From positions 64,001-128,000 of the IMG/VR virus record IMGVR_UViG_3300028392_000034: a DNA stretch of 64,000 bases. The stretch is one strand, 5' to 3'. This document shows, piece after piece, positions 19,577-30,023 of the stretch (positions are counted from its first letter, which is position 1; every line of letters starts with the position of its first letter). The translations under genes and the position numbers were made by a program. The notes beneath the pieces are model-generated. The model saw nothing but the letters and a program-made list of their open reading frames with translations, was not told where the DNA came from and did not search any database. The stretch is from a virus.

Positions 19577-22500
19577 TCAACTTATTTTGGTCCAACCGTA
19601 ACGCACAGTGACATTACCGCCGCTGGTGTTGCGGATACCAAAGTCAAATCTATTGGTAGTTGCACTGGGAGCCACACTGCTTCTCACAATAGTATTTGAT
19701 GTTCCTACGAACTGATTGGGTATGCTGGTAAAGTCAATGGGCGTTCCGCCACCGTTGTAGACCCAGGCAAACTGTTGTCCTATCACAGGCACGTTGGTAT
19801 TGGTCACAGTGGCAGTGGCGTTCCAAACCAAGATACCATTAGAGATATTGCAATCAACCCACATGCTATATGTGCCGCTATTCACAGTGAAACTCTGGGT
19901 GCTGTTGCCCACAGGCACGTCCCACGATCCTGTTACTTGAGTTGCAACATTAGATAATGTTGCACCATTACCAATGAAGTTAGCGGCTGTGATGTTGCCA
20001 GCTACACTTATAGTATTGCCATAGGTGATTTCCTTGCTGGAGGTATTGTAGAACATGACTTCAGCAATGTTTGAATTATCATTTCTAACTGGGGCTACTG
20101 TGAATGTGTTGGCAGTGGTTTGATCCAACGCATCACCAGTGGCATTCAATATGATTGAATTGTTGCCTTGATTATTGTAACCAGCTTTTTTACCAATTGC
20201 TATAGATTGCTGACCTTGATTTTGATTAGCGGCCTTAAAGCCAATAGCTATTGCCTCAATACCTTGTATATTAGCTCCAGTATCTGTGCCAATGGCCACT
20301 GCAGCTTGGCCTTGACCATTACCACCAGCGCCTGCTCCAATTGCTATTGAAATAAAACCTTGTAAAGTTTGTCCGGCTTCTTTACCGATGGCCACTGCAC
20401 TATTGCCTTGATTGTTATTAGCAGAACCAGCACCGATTGCCACAGAATAAGAACCCTGGCTAACATAGCCGGCACCGTTACCAATGGCCACTGAAAAAAC
20501 TTGTTGACTTACAGCGCCAGCAAAATTGCCCACTGCTACGCTATTTAATGATTGATTGATTTCTCCAGCGCCATATCCAATGGCAATAGTTCTTGCCGCT
20601 TGCCCAACATTTCCTGACAATGTGCCAATTGCAATAGCGCCGTCGCCTTGGGCACCTGCTCCTGAATATCCAATTGCCAGAGCATTATTACTACTGTCTT
20701 TGATCAAAGTTCCATTGGCCAGTGTAACAGTTCTGGTGCTGATATTATTAACACCAAGGATGTTGCCGCTGGTCAGGACAATATCACCGCCCGACCCAGA
20801 AGATACAATTAAATTTCCACCTGCTGGCAAAGTCAAATTACCGGTTTCGCTAAAGCTCCATTGGCGTTGTGCTCCGTTCCAGTCCGTTTGGATAAACGCA
20901 CCATCGTTGCCAACACCCATGTAAGTGTTGCCAGTGCTACCAGCAAGCTCTACGTAACTGTTGGCAGCGGCATAAAGATCGTAACCAGTGAATACTGCAC
21001 CATTTGGGAACGTGGTATTACCAGTATTGCCAAAGGCCCATGAGTTAGCACCAGAGTTAGTTTGAATATAAACACTGCTATTACCAGCCAAGGTTGCTGT
21101 GTTAGCGGCGTAGTCTAGCCCTAAGTTTACTTGATATGGATCCGCTATGTTGGCAGTCAAACCTACTGTGTCTGTTCCCAAAGTCCATACAGCACCACCG
21201 CCCGGCACAGTCAAGTTACCAGCAGTGTCAAATGTCCAGTTAGACTCAACAAAATTGTTGTTGCCTTGATTGCCCAGCACATTATATTGGGTGATAACAA
21301 ATGTGCCTCCGGTGCCTTCAGACACAGTAATAACATCACCATTAACATATCCTGAGCCCGGATTTACTACAGTGACACTTGCTAATTGGTTACTCAGTCC
21401 ATAGCCTATGCCTACCGTCATTCCTGTGCCTGAACCACCAGTGGTTGCCTTCAAAGCACTTCCAGTATTATATCCACTACCGCCAGTAACAATGGTACAA
21501 ATATTAAATTGTCCACCGGCTGTTAAGGTTAACCCTTCTAGATTGATCAATCTGCCATCTGTGCCAAATGTCCATTGTGCTGAGTTGCCTACCGCATCAT
21601 TGCTGTTGACCACAATATTGCCAGTGTTGGCCAATTTCACATAAAGATTGTCGCTGCCTAGATACAGTTCAGTGTTATACAAATTGCCTGTGGTAAGATG
21701 TAAATGATTGCCTTCGACAACATTGCCAGTTGGGTATATTGCCAATTGTTGATCAATATTGCCACCATCGGCAGGGGTAATAATCACTGCATTGCCAGAA
21801 TAAGTTGTGACTGGTCCTTCTGATACGACACCGCCCTGGGGTAGCGTTAAGTCACCACCTGACCCAAAGTCCCAAGCCTGTGTGTTGCCAACGTTGCCAG
21901 AATTGCTTGTGATTACTGTACCGAAAGCATCTATGTTTAGTTGACCCTGGTCTTCACGGATGTAAACACTTTGATCTGCGCTGAACACAATGCCAGCACC
22001 TTGACTGGCATTACCTGGGCCAATCAAGTTGCCTGTACCTGTTTCAAATGTCCAAGTTCCGTAGCCATCCGTGCCCACATTGACTACCAAATTGCCGTCT
22101 GCTGTGGCTATGTTGGCATAGCTGTTACCGTTGGCAATGAGATTGGTTGCTCCACCACCTGATCCACCGTAAGGATTGCCGTTGGCATAGTTGATGCTGG
22201 CAATGTTACTGGGTAGTGTTAAGTTACCGTTTTCATCAAAGGTCCAACGAAGTGGTATACCATCACTTGCTTTCTGATTTTCAATGAATACTTGAGGTTT
22301 GTTTATTAAATTATCTTTGAATGTTACATCTATCCAAGACCATGCATCATTAGGTCCAGTAGCAACATCTTCTACGTATACATCCCAAACACCTGCTGTT
22401 TGATACTCTACTGTTCTATAATTTCCAAATGTTGTAGTGAGTTGCAATGATGTATCAGAAGTTATGTTACCTGTAGGGAATATTGTAGTTCCATTATTTC

Positions 22501-24118
22501 TAAATGACCAAGTGCTTGCACCGGAACCAATGTTTACATTACCGTATTCTGCTAGGCCGTTGGCCGAACCGCCACCGGTGATACTTACAGCAGCACCTGG
22601 ACCTGCTTGGCCAAAACCACCAATGATATCAACAGCACCTCCGGTGCCGCTACCACCAACACCACCTGTTATCTGAACATATCCGCCCGAGGTAGTGCCA
22701 CCTTGACCGCCGGTGATTTCAATAAAGCCAGGAGCACCATTGCCTTGCGATTCACCACCATCCATACGGATATAACCGCCGGTGCCATCTGCTGGAGCAT
22801 AACCACCACGGATCTTGACGTCACCACCCGAACCGTTGTTGTTGCCACCACGACCAGCCCATAAGTAGATGTCACCACCTTCTCCGCCGTTGCTGTCTTC
22901 ACCTTTGCCAGGATTGATTACCAAGCGTTGGCTATTAATACCATCTGCATTGCTACCATCTGGAGTTGAGATAATGGCTTCTTGTGTGGCATCACCAAAC
23001 AACAGGGTTTGACCACTAATTGTGCCCGACGGATTGTCACCACGTTGCACTGTTATATTTGGGAATATGGTGCTACGATCCGCACCAAAGGTCCAGGTGC
23101 CTGTGGCTGTGTTGATTGCCACATTACCTGCATAGTTGCTGACTGTCAATGCTTCTACGTTGGCATTTTGATTTGCTGGCAAATAGACATCTGCGGCACC
23201 TTCAATACCGGGATTGATACGAATACCCTCTGTACCATATTCGGCACCGTTGTATTCACCAATGGTCCACTGACCGTCCAGGTAGCCGATCAAGTTGCCA
23301 AGACCGTATTGTATAGTATTGGCGGCGCCGCTTGGTGTGTTTGGTAGTGCAATGGCGCCATTTACAGTGACATTGCCGTCGACCAAAAAGCCATCCGGTG
23401 TGGTCACAGTGATATTCACACTGTTGACATTGGCATAGATACTGCCACTAGGATCTGGAATGTTGACTTCGCTGAATTCGTTAATCAGTTTGCTTGCTGT
23501 TCCAATGTTGGCAGAGGCCACAATTCCAGTTAGCCCAGATCCGTTTCCTGAATAGTTGTAGGAATAAATTGTGTTCCAACGCAGAGTAGGAGCACCCAAA
23601 TTACGGACATGAGTCTGATCCGGCACAATGTTGACATTGCTCTTGACCATACCCGTTCCATTAGGAGCCAACACCAAGTTACCGTTGGTATTTGTGGTTT
23701 TTATGGTGTTGCTGACCATTTGGATATTGCTACCAACCGGACCTGCCGCAAAAACTTGGTCAAAGTTTAGATTGGTATCATTGAAAGCTGTGCGTAGCGG
23801 ATCGCCTGTGCCGTCGTTTGGCAAAGTGCCAATGTTGATTATTTGTTGTCCGCCCGAGCTAAATGTGCCAGTCATGACACCCGTGGCTGTGGTCAACCCA
23901 ACGACAGCACCGCCGGGCAAGCTGGTCACTGTGATGGTGCTGGTTGGGTATCCCGGAACGACGGTGCCGATATAATAAGTAGCACCAGCGGTTATTCCGC
24001 CAAATGTGGTGCCCGAAAACACAATGGGCATGCCTGAAAACATGTTGGTCGCCGAGCTGACGGTAATCGTATCGGTGGTAGCATTGGTGGCTGTAGCGGT
24101 TACTGTATAGGTGGTCAT
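19577..24118 (-). CDS. Long tail fibre / adhesin with gp9/gp10-like N-terminal motif, Gly-rich segment and YadA-head-like repeats
   Basis: QQIINIGTLPNDGTGDPLRTAF; repeated WTF..GNLTLP; repeated (S/A)(V/I)AIG..AG units. Confidence 0.85.
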   Translation of the reverse strand: MTTYTVTATATNATTDTITVSSATNMFSGMPIVFSGTTFGGITAGATYYIGTVVPGYPTSTITVTSLPGGAVVGLTTATGVMTGTFSSGGQQIINIGTLPNDGTGDPLRTAFNDTNLNFDQVFAAGPVGSNIQMVSNTIKTTNTNGNLVLAPNGTGMVKSNVNIVPDQTHVRNLGAPTLRWNTIYSYNYSGNGSGLTGIVASANIGTASKLINEFSEVNIPDPSGSIYANVNSVNITVTTPDGFLVDGNVTVNGAIALPNTPSGAANTIQYGLGNLIGYLDGQWTIGEYNGAEYGTEGIRINPGIEGAADVYLPANQNANVEALTVSNYAGNVAINTATGTWTFGADRSTIFPNITVQRGDNPSGTISGQTLLFGDATQEAIISTPDGSNADGINSQRLVINPGKGEDSNGGEGGDIYLWAGRGGNNNGSGGDVKIRGGYAPADGTGGYIRMDGGESQGNGAPGFIEITGGQGGTTSGGYVQITGGVGGSGTGGAVDIIGGFGQAGPGAAVSITGGGSANGLAEYGNVNIGSGASTWSFRNNGTTIFPTGNITSDTSLQLTTTFGNYRTVEYQTAGVWDVYVEDVATGPNDAWSWIDVTFKDNLINKPQVFIENQKASDGIPLRWTFDENGNLTLPSNIASINYANGNPYGGSGGGATNLIANGNSYANIATADGNLVVNVGTDGYGTWTFETGTGNLIGPGNASQGAGIVFSADQSVYIREDQGQLNIDAFGTVITSNSGNVGNTQAWDFGSGGDLTLPQGGVVSEGPVTTYSGNAVIITPADGGNIDQQLAIYPTGNVVEGNHLHLTTGNLYNTELYLGSDNLYVKLANTGNIVVNSNDAVGNSAQWTFGTDGRLINLEGLTLTAGGQFNICTIVTGGSGYNTGSALKATTGGSGTGMTVGIGYGLSNQLASVTVVNPGSGYVNGDVITVSEGTGGTFVITQYNVLGNQGNNNFVESNWTFDTAGNLTVPGGGAVWTLGTDTVGLTANIADPYQVNLGLDYAANTATLAGNSSVYIQTNSGANSWAFGNTGNTTFPNGAVFTGYDLYAAANSYVELAGSTGNTYMGVGNDGAFIQTDWNGAQRQWSFSETGNLTLPAGGNLIVSSGSGGDIVLTSGNILGVNNISTRTVTLANGTLIKDSSNNALAIGYSGAGAQGDGAIAIGTLSGNVGQAARTIAIGYGAGEINQSLNSVAVGNFAGAVSQQVFSVAIGNGAGYVSQGSYSVAIGAGSANNNQGNSAVAIGKEAGQTLQGFISIAIGAGAGGNGQGQAAVAIGTDTGANIQGIEAIAIGFKAANQNQGQQSIAIGKKAGYNNQGNNSIILNATGDALDQTTANTFTVAPVRNDNSNIAEVMFYNTSSKEITYGNTISVAGNITAANFIGNGATLSNVATQVTGSWDVPVGNSTQSFTVNSGTYSMWVDCNISNGILVWNATATVTNTNVPVIGQQFAWVYNGGGTPIDFTSIPNQFVGTSNTIVRSSVAPSATTNRFDFGIRNTSGGNVTVRYGWTKIS

Positions 24119-24247
24119 GAGTCTAGTTAGCCTTTTTAGTTATTTATGGTAAAATAGCTATCCAGACGGCATTGCACAATGTGCAATTCAGTGTTATACT
24201 AGCATCAGCTGTTGTTAAACAGCGTTTAACATTGAAAGGTAAAAACA

Positions 24248-24511
24248 ATGAAACATTTTAATCCAGAAACCAAGACGTTCAAAGTATTCACAGCATTGCA
24301 ATCCGGCAAGGCTTTGACTGCTAGTCAAGCCAGTAAAATGGGCGTAAAAAACCTGTCAGCTGAAGTGAGCAGAATCCGTTCAAACGGTTTTGCCGTCTAT
24401 ACGAATTCTCGTAAAGCAGGCAACGGTGTTACTGTAACCGAATACGTGTTGGGCAAACCAAGCCGTAAATTAGTAGCCGCTGGCTACCGCGCTCTTGCAT
24501 TAGGTATCTAA
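24248..24511 (+). CDS. Winged helix-turn-helix DNA-binding protein
   Basis: LQSGKALTASQA...NLSAEVSRIRSNGFAVY. Confidence 0.7.
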   Translation: MKHFNPETKTFKVFTALQSGKALTASQASKMGVKNLSAEVSRIRSNGFAVYTNSRKAGNGVTVTEYVLGKPSRKLVAAGYRALALGI

Positions 24512-24550
24512 TACCCTTCCGCTGTCCAATTCAGACTGGACACTGAGCCC

Positions 24551-24576
24551 AAACCCCGTGCAATGCGGGGTTTTTT
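24551..24576 (+). terminator. Rho-independent terminator
   Basis: AAACCCCGT-GCAA-TGCGGGGTTTTTT. Confidence 0.8.
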
Positions 24577-24617
24577 CTTGACTTGACCATTAAATTCATT
24601 TCCTGTATAATACTTGT

Positions 24618-25073
24618 ATGCTAAAACATCTATTCAAACGCCTGGGAAGATATAGGGTTATTATGGATCGCGAAAACAACGAACCATACCTGGAACGCTA
24701 TTATCTTTTTCTTCGAGATCGTACTTGGTTTCCATTCAATGTGTTTTTACACAAATTTTTAAAAAGTGATCCTGACCATGTGCATGATCATCCATGGCCC
24801 TATGCAACCGTAATTTTGCGTGGCGGCTACTGGGAATGGGTTCCGCAATTTGATGCAAACGGTCACAAAATTTGTGAAATTGCCAAATGGCGCAGACCCG
24901 GTCATGTTCGCATTTGCAGTGCTGACTCGTACCATCGAATCGAACTAGACCCTAGTGTTGTTACCTGGACCCTATTCATGCCAGGACCCAAACAGCGTGA
25001 TTGGGGCTTTTTGGTTCGCAATCGCTGGATACAACATGAACAGTATTTTGCTCAACGACAAGCCATTAAATAA
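24618..25073 (+). CDS. Cupin-like protein (leaderless)
   Basis: HDHPW...GGYWE...YHRIEL...WTLF; TTGACC-17-TATAAT ending 6 nt before the ATG. Confidence 0.75.
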   Translation: MLKHLFKRLGRYRVIMDRENNEPYLERYYLFLRDRTWFPFNVFLHKFLKSDPDHVHDHPWPYATVILRGGYWEWVPQFDANGHKICEIAKWRRPGHVRICSADSYHRIELDPSVVTWTLFMPGPKQRDWGFLVRNRWIQHEQYFAQRQAIK

Positions 25074-25077
25074 CAGC

Positions 25078-25653
25078 ATGACGTTAAAACCCTATCATCA
25101 ACTTGATTGTCCAGACGATCTGCAGAAAACTATTTCTGAAAAAACCATTGATTTTTTAAAAACAAAACATGATATTTTAAATGTAACAAAACCCTCGCTG
25201 TGGAACAAATTGGACACAGTAGAGTTTGTTCGAGCAGTTCCGGAGTTAGCACAATATTTCAAAACTCTCAAGTTGCAATTAAGAGAAGTGGCATTTACAA
25301 TTTGTGTCAGTAACGAAAATGCCAATCTACACATTGATGAATTACCAGTGACTGCTAAAATTAACTTTCCTATTTTGAATACCCAAGACAGTCGAAATTT
25401 ATGGTATTCGGTTCCGGCGGAATTAATGTCTCAAGTGAAACCGATCGTAAACAAATTTGGTGCAGCCTATTACGATCTAAGTGCAATTGATCTTAGCCAG
25501 TGCCAACAACTTGCTTCGGTAGAAGTTTTAAAACCAGTGGTATTTAACAGTCAAATTCCACACACGATTGACATGTCTAAATGTCAATCATTTCCAAGAG
25601 TAGTGTTAACCTGTATGTTTTTTAAAGAACCCGTCGATTTTCTTAAGGAGTAA
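25078..25653 (+). CDS. 2OG-Fe(II) oxygenase-like protein
   Basis: LHID, INFPI, NSQIPH and PRVVL; start after TAAATA. Confidence 0.6.
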   Translation: MTLKPYHQLDCPDDLQKTISEKTIDFLKTKHDILNVTKPSLWNKLDTVEFVRAVPELAQYFKTLKLQLREVAFTICVSNENANLHIDELPVTAKINFPILNTQDSRNLWYSVPAELMSQVKPIVNKFGAAYYDLSAIDLSQCQQLASVEVLKPVVFNSQIPHTIDMSKCQSFPRVVLTCMFFKEPVDFLKE

Positions 25654-25655
25654 CT

Positions 25656-26183
25656 ATGCCCAATTGGTGTTCAAATCGTGCCGTTATTACAGGTCCAGCG
25701 CCGGTGATCGCTGAAATCAAACAGCGCCTGGCCCAGAATGATCCTGAATTGTTGGCTTGGATGGTGCCACAGCCTCGATTTGAAGGCGATCAAGATTGGT
25801 ACCAGTGGAATGTAAATAACTGGGGAACCAAGTGGGACATTTGTGATGTTGGTATCCTTGATGACACAGAGGAAGATTCAATCTCATTTGAGTTTTCTAC
25901 AGCCTGGGCACCACCTATTGAAGCGTTTCATACCTGGGCCGCTGGTGATGGACGGGTGCAGTTTAAATTGGACTATTGGGAGTCTGGTGTGGGTTTTATA
26001 GGAACCACCACATACGATGGCGAATACCTAGACTCAGATGACGTTGATGCAAACTCAGATCAAGAACGCTATCGAGAACTGGCAGCAGAGACGTGGGGCT
26101 ATGTTGAATGGGACGACCCGGAGCCCTTGACTGAATGGTATAAAGAAGGTGTAAAGAACAAAGGATTGACAAATGGAATTTGA
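25656..26183 (+). CDS. DUF1281 / YubB ferredoxin-like domain protein
   Basis: MPNWCSN, WYQWNVNNWGTKWD, FSTAWAPP. Confidence 0.8.
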   Translation: MPNWCSNRAVITGPAPVIAEIKQRLAQNDPELLAWMVPQPRFEGDQDWYQWNVNNWGTKWDICDVGILDDTEEDSISFEFSTAWAPPIEAFHTWAAGDGRVQFKLDYWESGVGFIGTTTYDGEYLDSDDVDANSDQERYRELAAETWGYVEWDDPEPLTEWYKEGVKNKGLTNGI

Positions 26184-26532
26184 TGACGTTTTAAATGTGT
26201 TACTGGGCGTTGTAATCGGAATTGGCCTGGTCTTGCTGTATGCATGGTACCAATTTCAAATTCTTAGAAGTCAAATCGATCACATAATCGATCAGGCAAT
26301 CACAGAAAAGTCTGCCATTGAATTGGAAATTGAAGTTGACAAGGGCGTGTATTTCTGCTACAATAACAAAGATAAACAGTTTGTTTGTCAAGGAAAAACA
26401 GCAACCGAAATCCGCGAAACCTTGCAAACTCGTTTTCCGGGCAAAGCGGCCTACTTGGTAGCCGGCGATCCTGTAATCGTAGCACAGTTCAAAGCAGAAT
26501 TAGAAATCAATGAAAATAGCTCTAGCGTCTGA
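26173..26532 (+). CDS. Membrane-anchored hypothetical protein
   Basis: N-terminal TM helix; FVCQG motif. Confidence 0.65.
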   Translation: MEFDDVLNVLLGVVIGIGLVLLYAWYQFQILRSQIDHIIDQAITEKSAIELEIEVDKGVYFCYNNKDKQFVCQGKTATEIRETLQTRFPGKAAYLVAGDPVIVAQFKAELEINENSSSV

Positions 26533-27433
26533 TATTCATTTGGAATTTGGTCCAATTGATCTAACCAATGATCAAGCAGCTGATGTGCTGATCCTGGCCG
26601 GAGATATCTGTGTGGCCGACGACTTTGTTAGTCCACGTGGTTTCAAGCAAGAACAGGCACAACAGTATCGTAAATTCTTTGAGCAGGCATGCAGTGAATT
26701 TCCGCACGTGGTTTACATCCTGGGTAACCATGAACACTATCACGGTGACGCGGCTAAAAGTTATAGTATTCTTCGAGAGCATTTGGATTTTGGAAATTTG
26801 CATATTCTTGAAAAAGAAACATGGCGTCATCAGGATCATACCTTTATCTGTGGTACCTTGTGGACTGATATGAATCGTGAGGACCCGATAACCTTGATGC
26901 ATACCAAAACGGCCATGAATGATTTCCGTGGAGTGGTGAACAGCCGTCGGACCATAGCACGTAAAGTACCACTTTACGAACCCAACCCACTGTGGACTGA
27001 AGATGGCCAGAATGGTGGGCGGTATCTCACAAATGAAGCAGGTCAAATGATTGTCATTGGGCATAAACGCAAAGAAGAGCCGGCCAACTGGAGCCCAGAA
27101 GATACTGTAGAAGAGCATCAGCAGATGTTGGCCTATATCAATACCGTGGTTCAGGATCCCGGCAACTACATTGTGGTCGGGCATCATGCACCCAGCAGTC
27201 GCAGTGTAGCAGAGTATTATCGTGCCGACACAGTGATGAATGGTGCGTTCCGCAGTGAGCTGGATGAATTTATTGCAGATCGTCCACGTATCCGACTATG
27301 GGTGCATGGTCACATGCACAACGCCAGTGACTACCGGATTGGTGAGACCCGAGTGGTGTGTAACCCACGTGGATACATTGGCTATGAAACATGTGCAAAC
27401 AACTTTGAACTAAAGTATTTGGAGGTCGAATGA
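26510..27433 (+). CDS. Calcineurin-like metallophosphoesterase
   Basis: SDIHLE, AGD, GNHEHY, TLWTD, HHAP, HGHMH, NPRGY. Confidence 0.92.
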   Translation: MKIALASDIHLEFGPIDLTNDQAADVLILAGDICVADDFVSPRGFKQEQAQQYRKFFEQACSEFPHVVYILGNHEHYHGDAAKSYSILREHLDFGNLHILEKETWRHQDHTFICGTLWTDMNREDPITLMHTKTAMNDFRGVVNSRRTIARKVPLYEPNPLWTEDGQNGGRYLTNEAGQMIVIGHKRKEEPANWSPEDTVEEHQQMLAYINTVVQDPGNYIVVGHHAPSSRSVAEYYRADTVMNGAFRSELDEFIADRPRIRLWVHGHMHNASDYRIGETRVVCNPRGYIGYETCANNFELKYLEVE

Positions 27434-27621
27434 AAGTAAAAGAATATACAGTGTTGGTAGATTGTATCGAGCGCGGAGTCAAATACGGTATGAACCGTGC
27501 ATATAAATATTCAGAAACCCCCACACGGGCCTACATTGAAGAACAGATTGCTGATGCTGTGTTGTTGGAAATTTCGGAGTATTTTACGTTTGACAATGAA
27601 ACAACCATGGAGATTGATTGA
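27430..27621 (+). CDS. Hypothetical protein
   Basis: ATGA-coupled, GGAGG SD. Confidence 0.6.
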   Translation: MKVKEYTVLVDCIERGVKYGMNRAYKYSETPTRAYIEEQIADAVLLEISEYFTFDNETTMEID

Positions 27622-28061
27622 TGAAAATCGGACTTAGTTATAGTCGATGCGTTCGAGACATTGTGGACGGCAAGGTAGACATTGCGGATGTGCTAGTGCT
27701 GATTACTCGTACCGATTTCGATCCGCATGATGACAAGCAATGGTCAGGTATTTGGATTGGCTACGGTGGTGGCACAGACAATGCATACAGCCGTGGATTT
27801 TTTAGCCACAGCAATCCCGAATGGGCCGGCTACCACGATGAAGATCGTTTCCGTAGTGTCAGCATTGAACTTTGGGAAACTGGTCGACTACATCAGCCAC
27901 GCAAGTTTGGCGTAAAACCTGCTCGCCGTCCAGAGATTTGGTTAGAAACTGTTTTGCCTAGTAGCGAACTGGAAAGTAATCCTGCGGCAAAAAGTGCATG
28001 GGATCAGTTTCAAACAGTGGCTGGCTTGACCAACGTTAGTTTAGATCGGGAGTATCGATGA
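27621..28061 (+). CDS. Hypothetical protein
   Basis: In-operon ORF, MKIGLSYSRCVRDI. Confidence 0.65.
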   Translation: MKIGLSYSRCVRDIVDGKVDIADVLVLITRTDFDPHDDKQWSGIWIGYGGGTDNAYSRGFFSHSNPEWAGYHDEDRFRSVSIELWETGRLHQPRKFGVKPARRPEIWLETVLPSSELESNPAAKSAWDQFQTVAGLTNVSLDREYR

Positions 28062-28240
28062 ACTGGCTAAGATACAGTGGCATCACAGTTAGATTGAATC
28101 TAAATCCATTCCACTGGTCTTATTTGGGCGGCGCCGGTCGTGAGTTTAGAGGTGAGTGGGCCGGACCCAATGAAAAGGGCTGGTATGTTCGATTTCTTTT
28201 TTTAACTGTTAGTGTTTGGATTGATGATGGGAGTTGGTAA
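28058..28240 (+). CDS. Hypothetical protein
   Basis: ATGA-coupled. Confidence 0.55.
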   Translation: MNWLRYSGITVRLNLNPFHWSYLGGAGREFRGEWAGPNEKGWYVRFLFLTVSVWIDDGSW

Positions 28241-28443
28241 TGACTGAATTGGCACTTAACCGTAAACAGCTGGGCAAGTTAACCGAGATATATACTCATT
28301 TTAAAGAAGTAGAATGGTTTACGATCAAAGTGGATCACACCAGTGGCATTGGCACAGGACTGGTAGTTACATTCAATCTGTTCAACGATAACGACAAAGA
28401 TGTTGACACCACAATTGATATCACTGATGTAAGCACCTGGTAG
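28240..28443 (+). CDS. Hypothetical protein
   Basis: In-operon ORF with TSGIG motif. Confidence 0.6.
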   Translation: MTELALNRKQLGKLTEIYTHFKEVEWFTIKVDHTSGIGTGLVVTFNLFNDNDKDVDTTIDITDVSTW

Positions 28444-28453
28444 TCGTTGAACT

Positions 28454-28858
28454 ATGGGCATGTTTGATAATATCCGTTATCGAGGCGAGGAGTATCAAAC
28501 AAAAGATACTCCGGCTCAGTTGTTGGATAATTACAAGATAGAACAGAATCAGGATGACGGGTATTGGTATCTATGGCATGAAGAATACGATGCCGAGTGG
28601 GTTGAGGATGATGCAGCATTGTTGGGCGGCTATATAAAACAGTCAAACCAGCATTGGATATGCTGTAATGAGTTTGATGGGGAAATACGTTTTTATCGGC
28701 ATGCATTAGAAACCCCGCAGAAATCATGGGAAAGCAATGCCTGGATAGAATACAAGGCCTTGTTCATGGATGGGCAGATGATAAAGATTCGAGAAATATT
28801 CAATGAACCTCTTACCGAATGGTACAAAGATGGTGTAAAGGAAAAAGGATTAGAATGA
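28454..28858 (+). CDS. Conserved phage hypothetical protein (MGMFD...YQTKD family)
   Basis: MGMFD, QTKD, WIEYKALF.DG. Confidence 0.7.
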   Translation: MGMFDNIRYRGEEYQTKDTPAQLLDNYKIEQNQDDGYWYLWHEEYDAEWVEDDAALLGGYIKQSNQHWICCNEFDGEIRFYRHALETPQKSWESNAWIEYKALFMDGQMIKIREIFNEPLTEWYKDGVKEKGLE

Positions 28859-29532
28859 AAGTTTACATTAGCAAATATCGTGATCATTGGATCTCACCAT
28901 ACACCATCTTAAAAACTGTTTGTTTTTGGGAAAAGGATGAGGGTGTATTTTACGACCACGAAGATACAGGCCAAGGCCGATATGTCAAGTGGGTCAACTT
29001 CTTAAATCCCATTTGCGTTGCCGTGCGTAAGTTTTTAGACGTTGTGCATCCTCGAATCACGTATGTCAAAATTGATCGGTGGGATACCTGGAGCATGGAT
29101 CACACTTTGGCTGAAATTGTTCTGCCCATGCTTCGACAGTTGAATAAAGATAAACACGGTGCTCCGTATGTGGATGACAAAGATGTGCCCAAAGGCTTAG
29201 GCTTGCGTAGCACAGAAGCACCAGCCAAAGAAAACGAGTGGGATACTGATGCCAACCACTTCCGACGTTGGGATTGGGTGCTGGGTGAAATGATTTTTGC
29301 GTTCGAATGTAAAACAGATGACTCGTGGGAAGAGAAGTTTCGTTCGGGCGAGTTTGATCAGAAAACAGTGGCTTGTGCATGGGACGAAACCGGCAAGGCC
29401 ACCATGTATAAATGGGAAGACGGCCCTAATCACACTTACCAATGTGATTACAAAGGTATAGAAAAGGTTCAGAAACGTATCAAAAATGGGTTTGTGCTGT
29501 TTGGAAAATACTACCAGAATCTTTGGGACTGA
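28855..29532 (+). CDS. Conserved phage hypothetical protein
   Basis: DTWSMDHTLA...EMIFAF...FGKYYQNLWD. Confidence 0.75.
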   Translation: MKVYISKYRDHWISPYTILKTVCFWEKDEGVFYDHEDTGQGRYVKWVNFLNPICVAVRKFLDVVHPRITYVKIDRWDTWSMDHTLAEIVLPMLRQLNKDKHGAPYVDDKDVPKGLGLRSTEAPAKENEWDTDANHFRRWDWVLGEMIFAFECKTDDSWEEKFRSGEFDQKTVACAWDETGKATMYKWEDGPNHTYQCDYKGIEKVQKRIKNGFVLFGKYYQNLWD

Positions 29533-30023
29533 TGACAGAAGAATCCAACATTGCCAAAGGCAGAGACAGTTTTGATATTTCTACTGGCAACACTTTAGTT
29601 GCCTTTTTCAATCGAAACATAACGCCTTACGCTACCAGCACCCTAGGACCCGCATTTGATCTAGTGCCGGTAGAAAAACAAAAAGATCTCATGATCAATC
29701 ATGCCAGGATGTATGCCCAGCAGGAATATGATCGTATTATGGAATTGGTCGCAGTGCTACAAAAACAAGCCGAAGATATTCGACGTAGACTAGAAGTCAC
29801 TGACCGGGTGCATGCCGCAGAATATCAGTTTCAAGTTGTGATGGGCAACTCGTATTGGTTGGTATGGCACCGGAGACGTGAACGAACTCTCTTGGTCATG
29901 ACCGGTCCTACAGAATGGAATACCGGTGTACCCGAAGATTATGAATACCTGACGCAGGTCAAATATATAGGAGATCATACTTGGTTAGAGATTGACACAA
30001 ATAGAGAAAGCGTGTTAAAATAG
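29532..30023 (+). CDS. DUF2452-like protein
   Basis: Coiled coil, then A.YQFQ...YWL...GP.EW...GDHTW. Confidence 0.6.
   Translation: MTEESNIAKGRDSFDISTGNTLVAFFNRNITPYATSTLGPAFDLVPVEKQKDLMINHARMYAQQEYDRIMELVAVLQKQAEDIRRRLEVTDRVHAAEYQFQVVMGNSYWLVWHRRRERTLLVMTGPTEWNTGVPEDYEYLTQVKYIGDHTWLEIDTNRESVLK

Noticed and set aside
19775-24037. Many plus-strand ORFs inside the large tail fibre gene (similarly 49224-55083 on the minus strand)
   Set aside because: Antisense shadows of Gly/Thr/Asn-rich codon patterns, with no SD or recognisable motifs.
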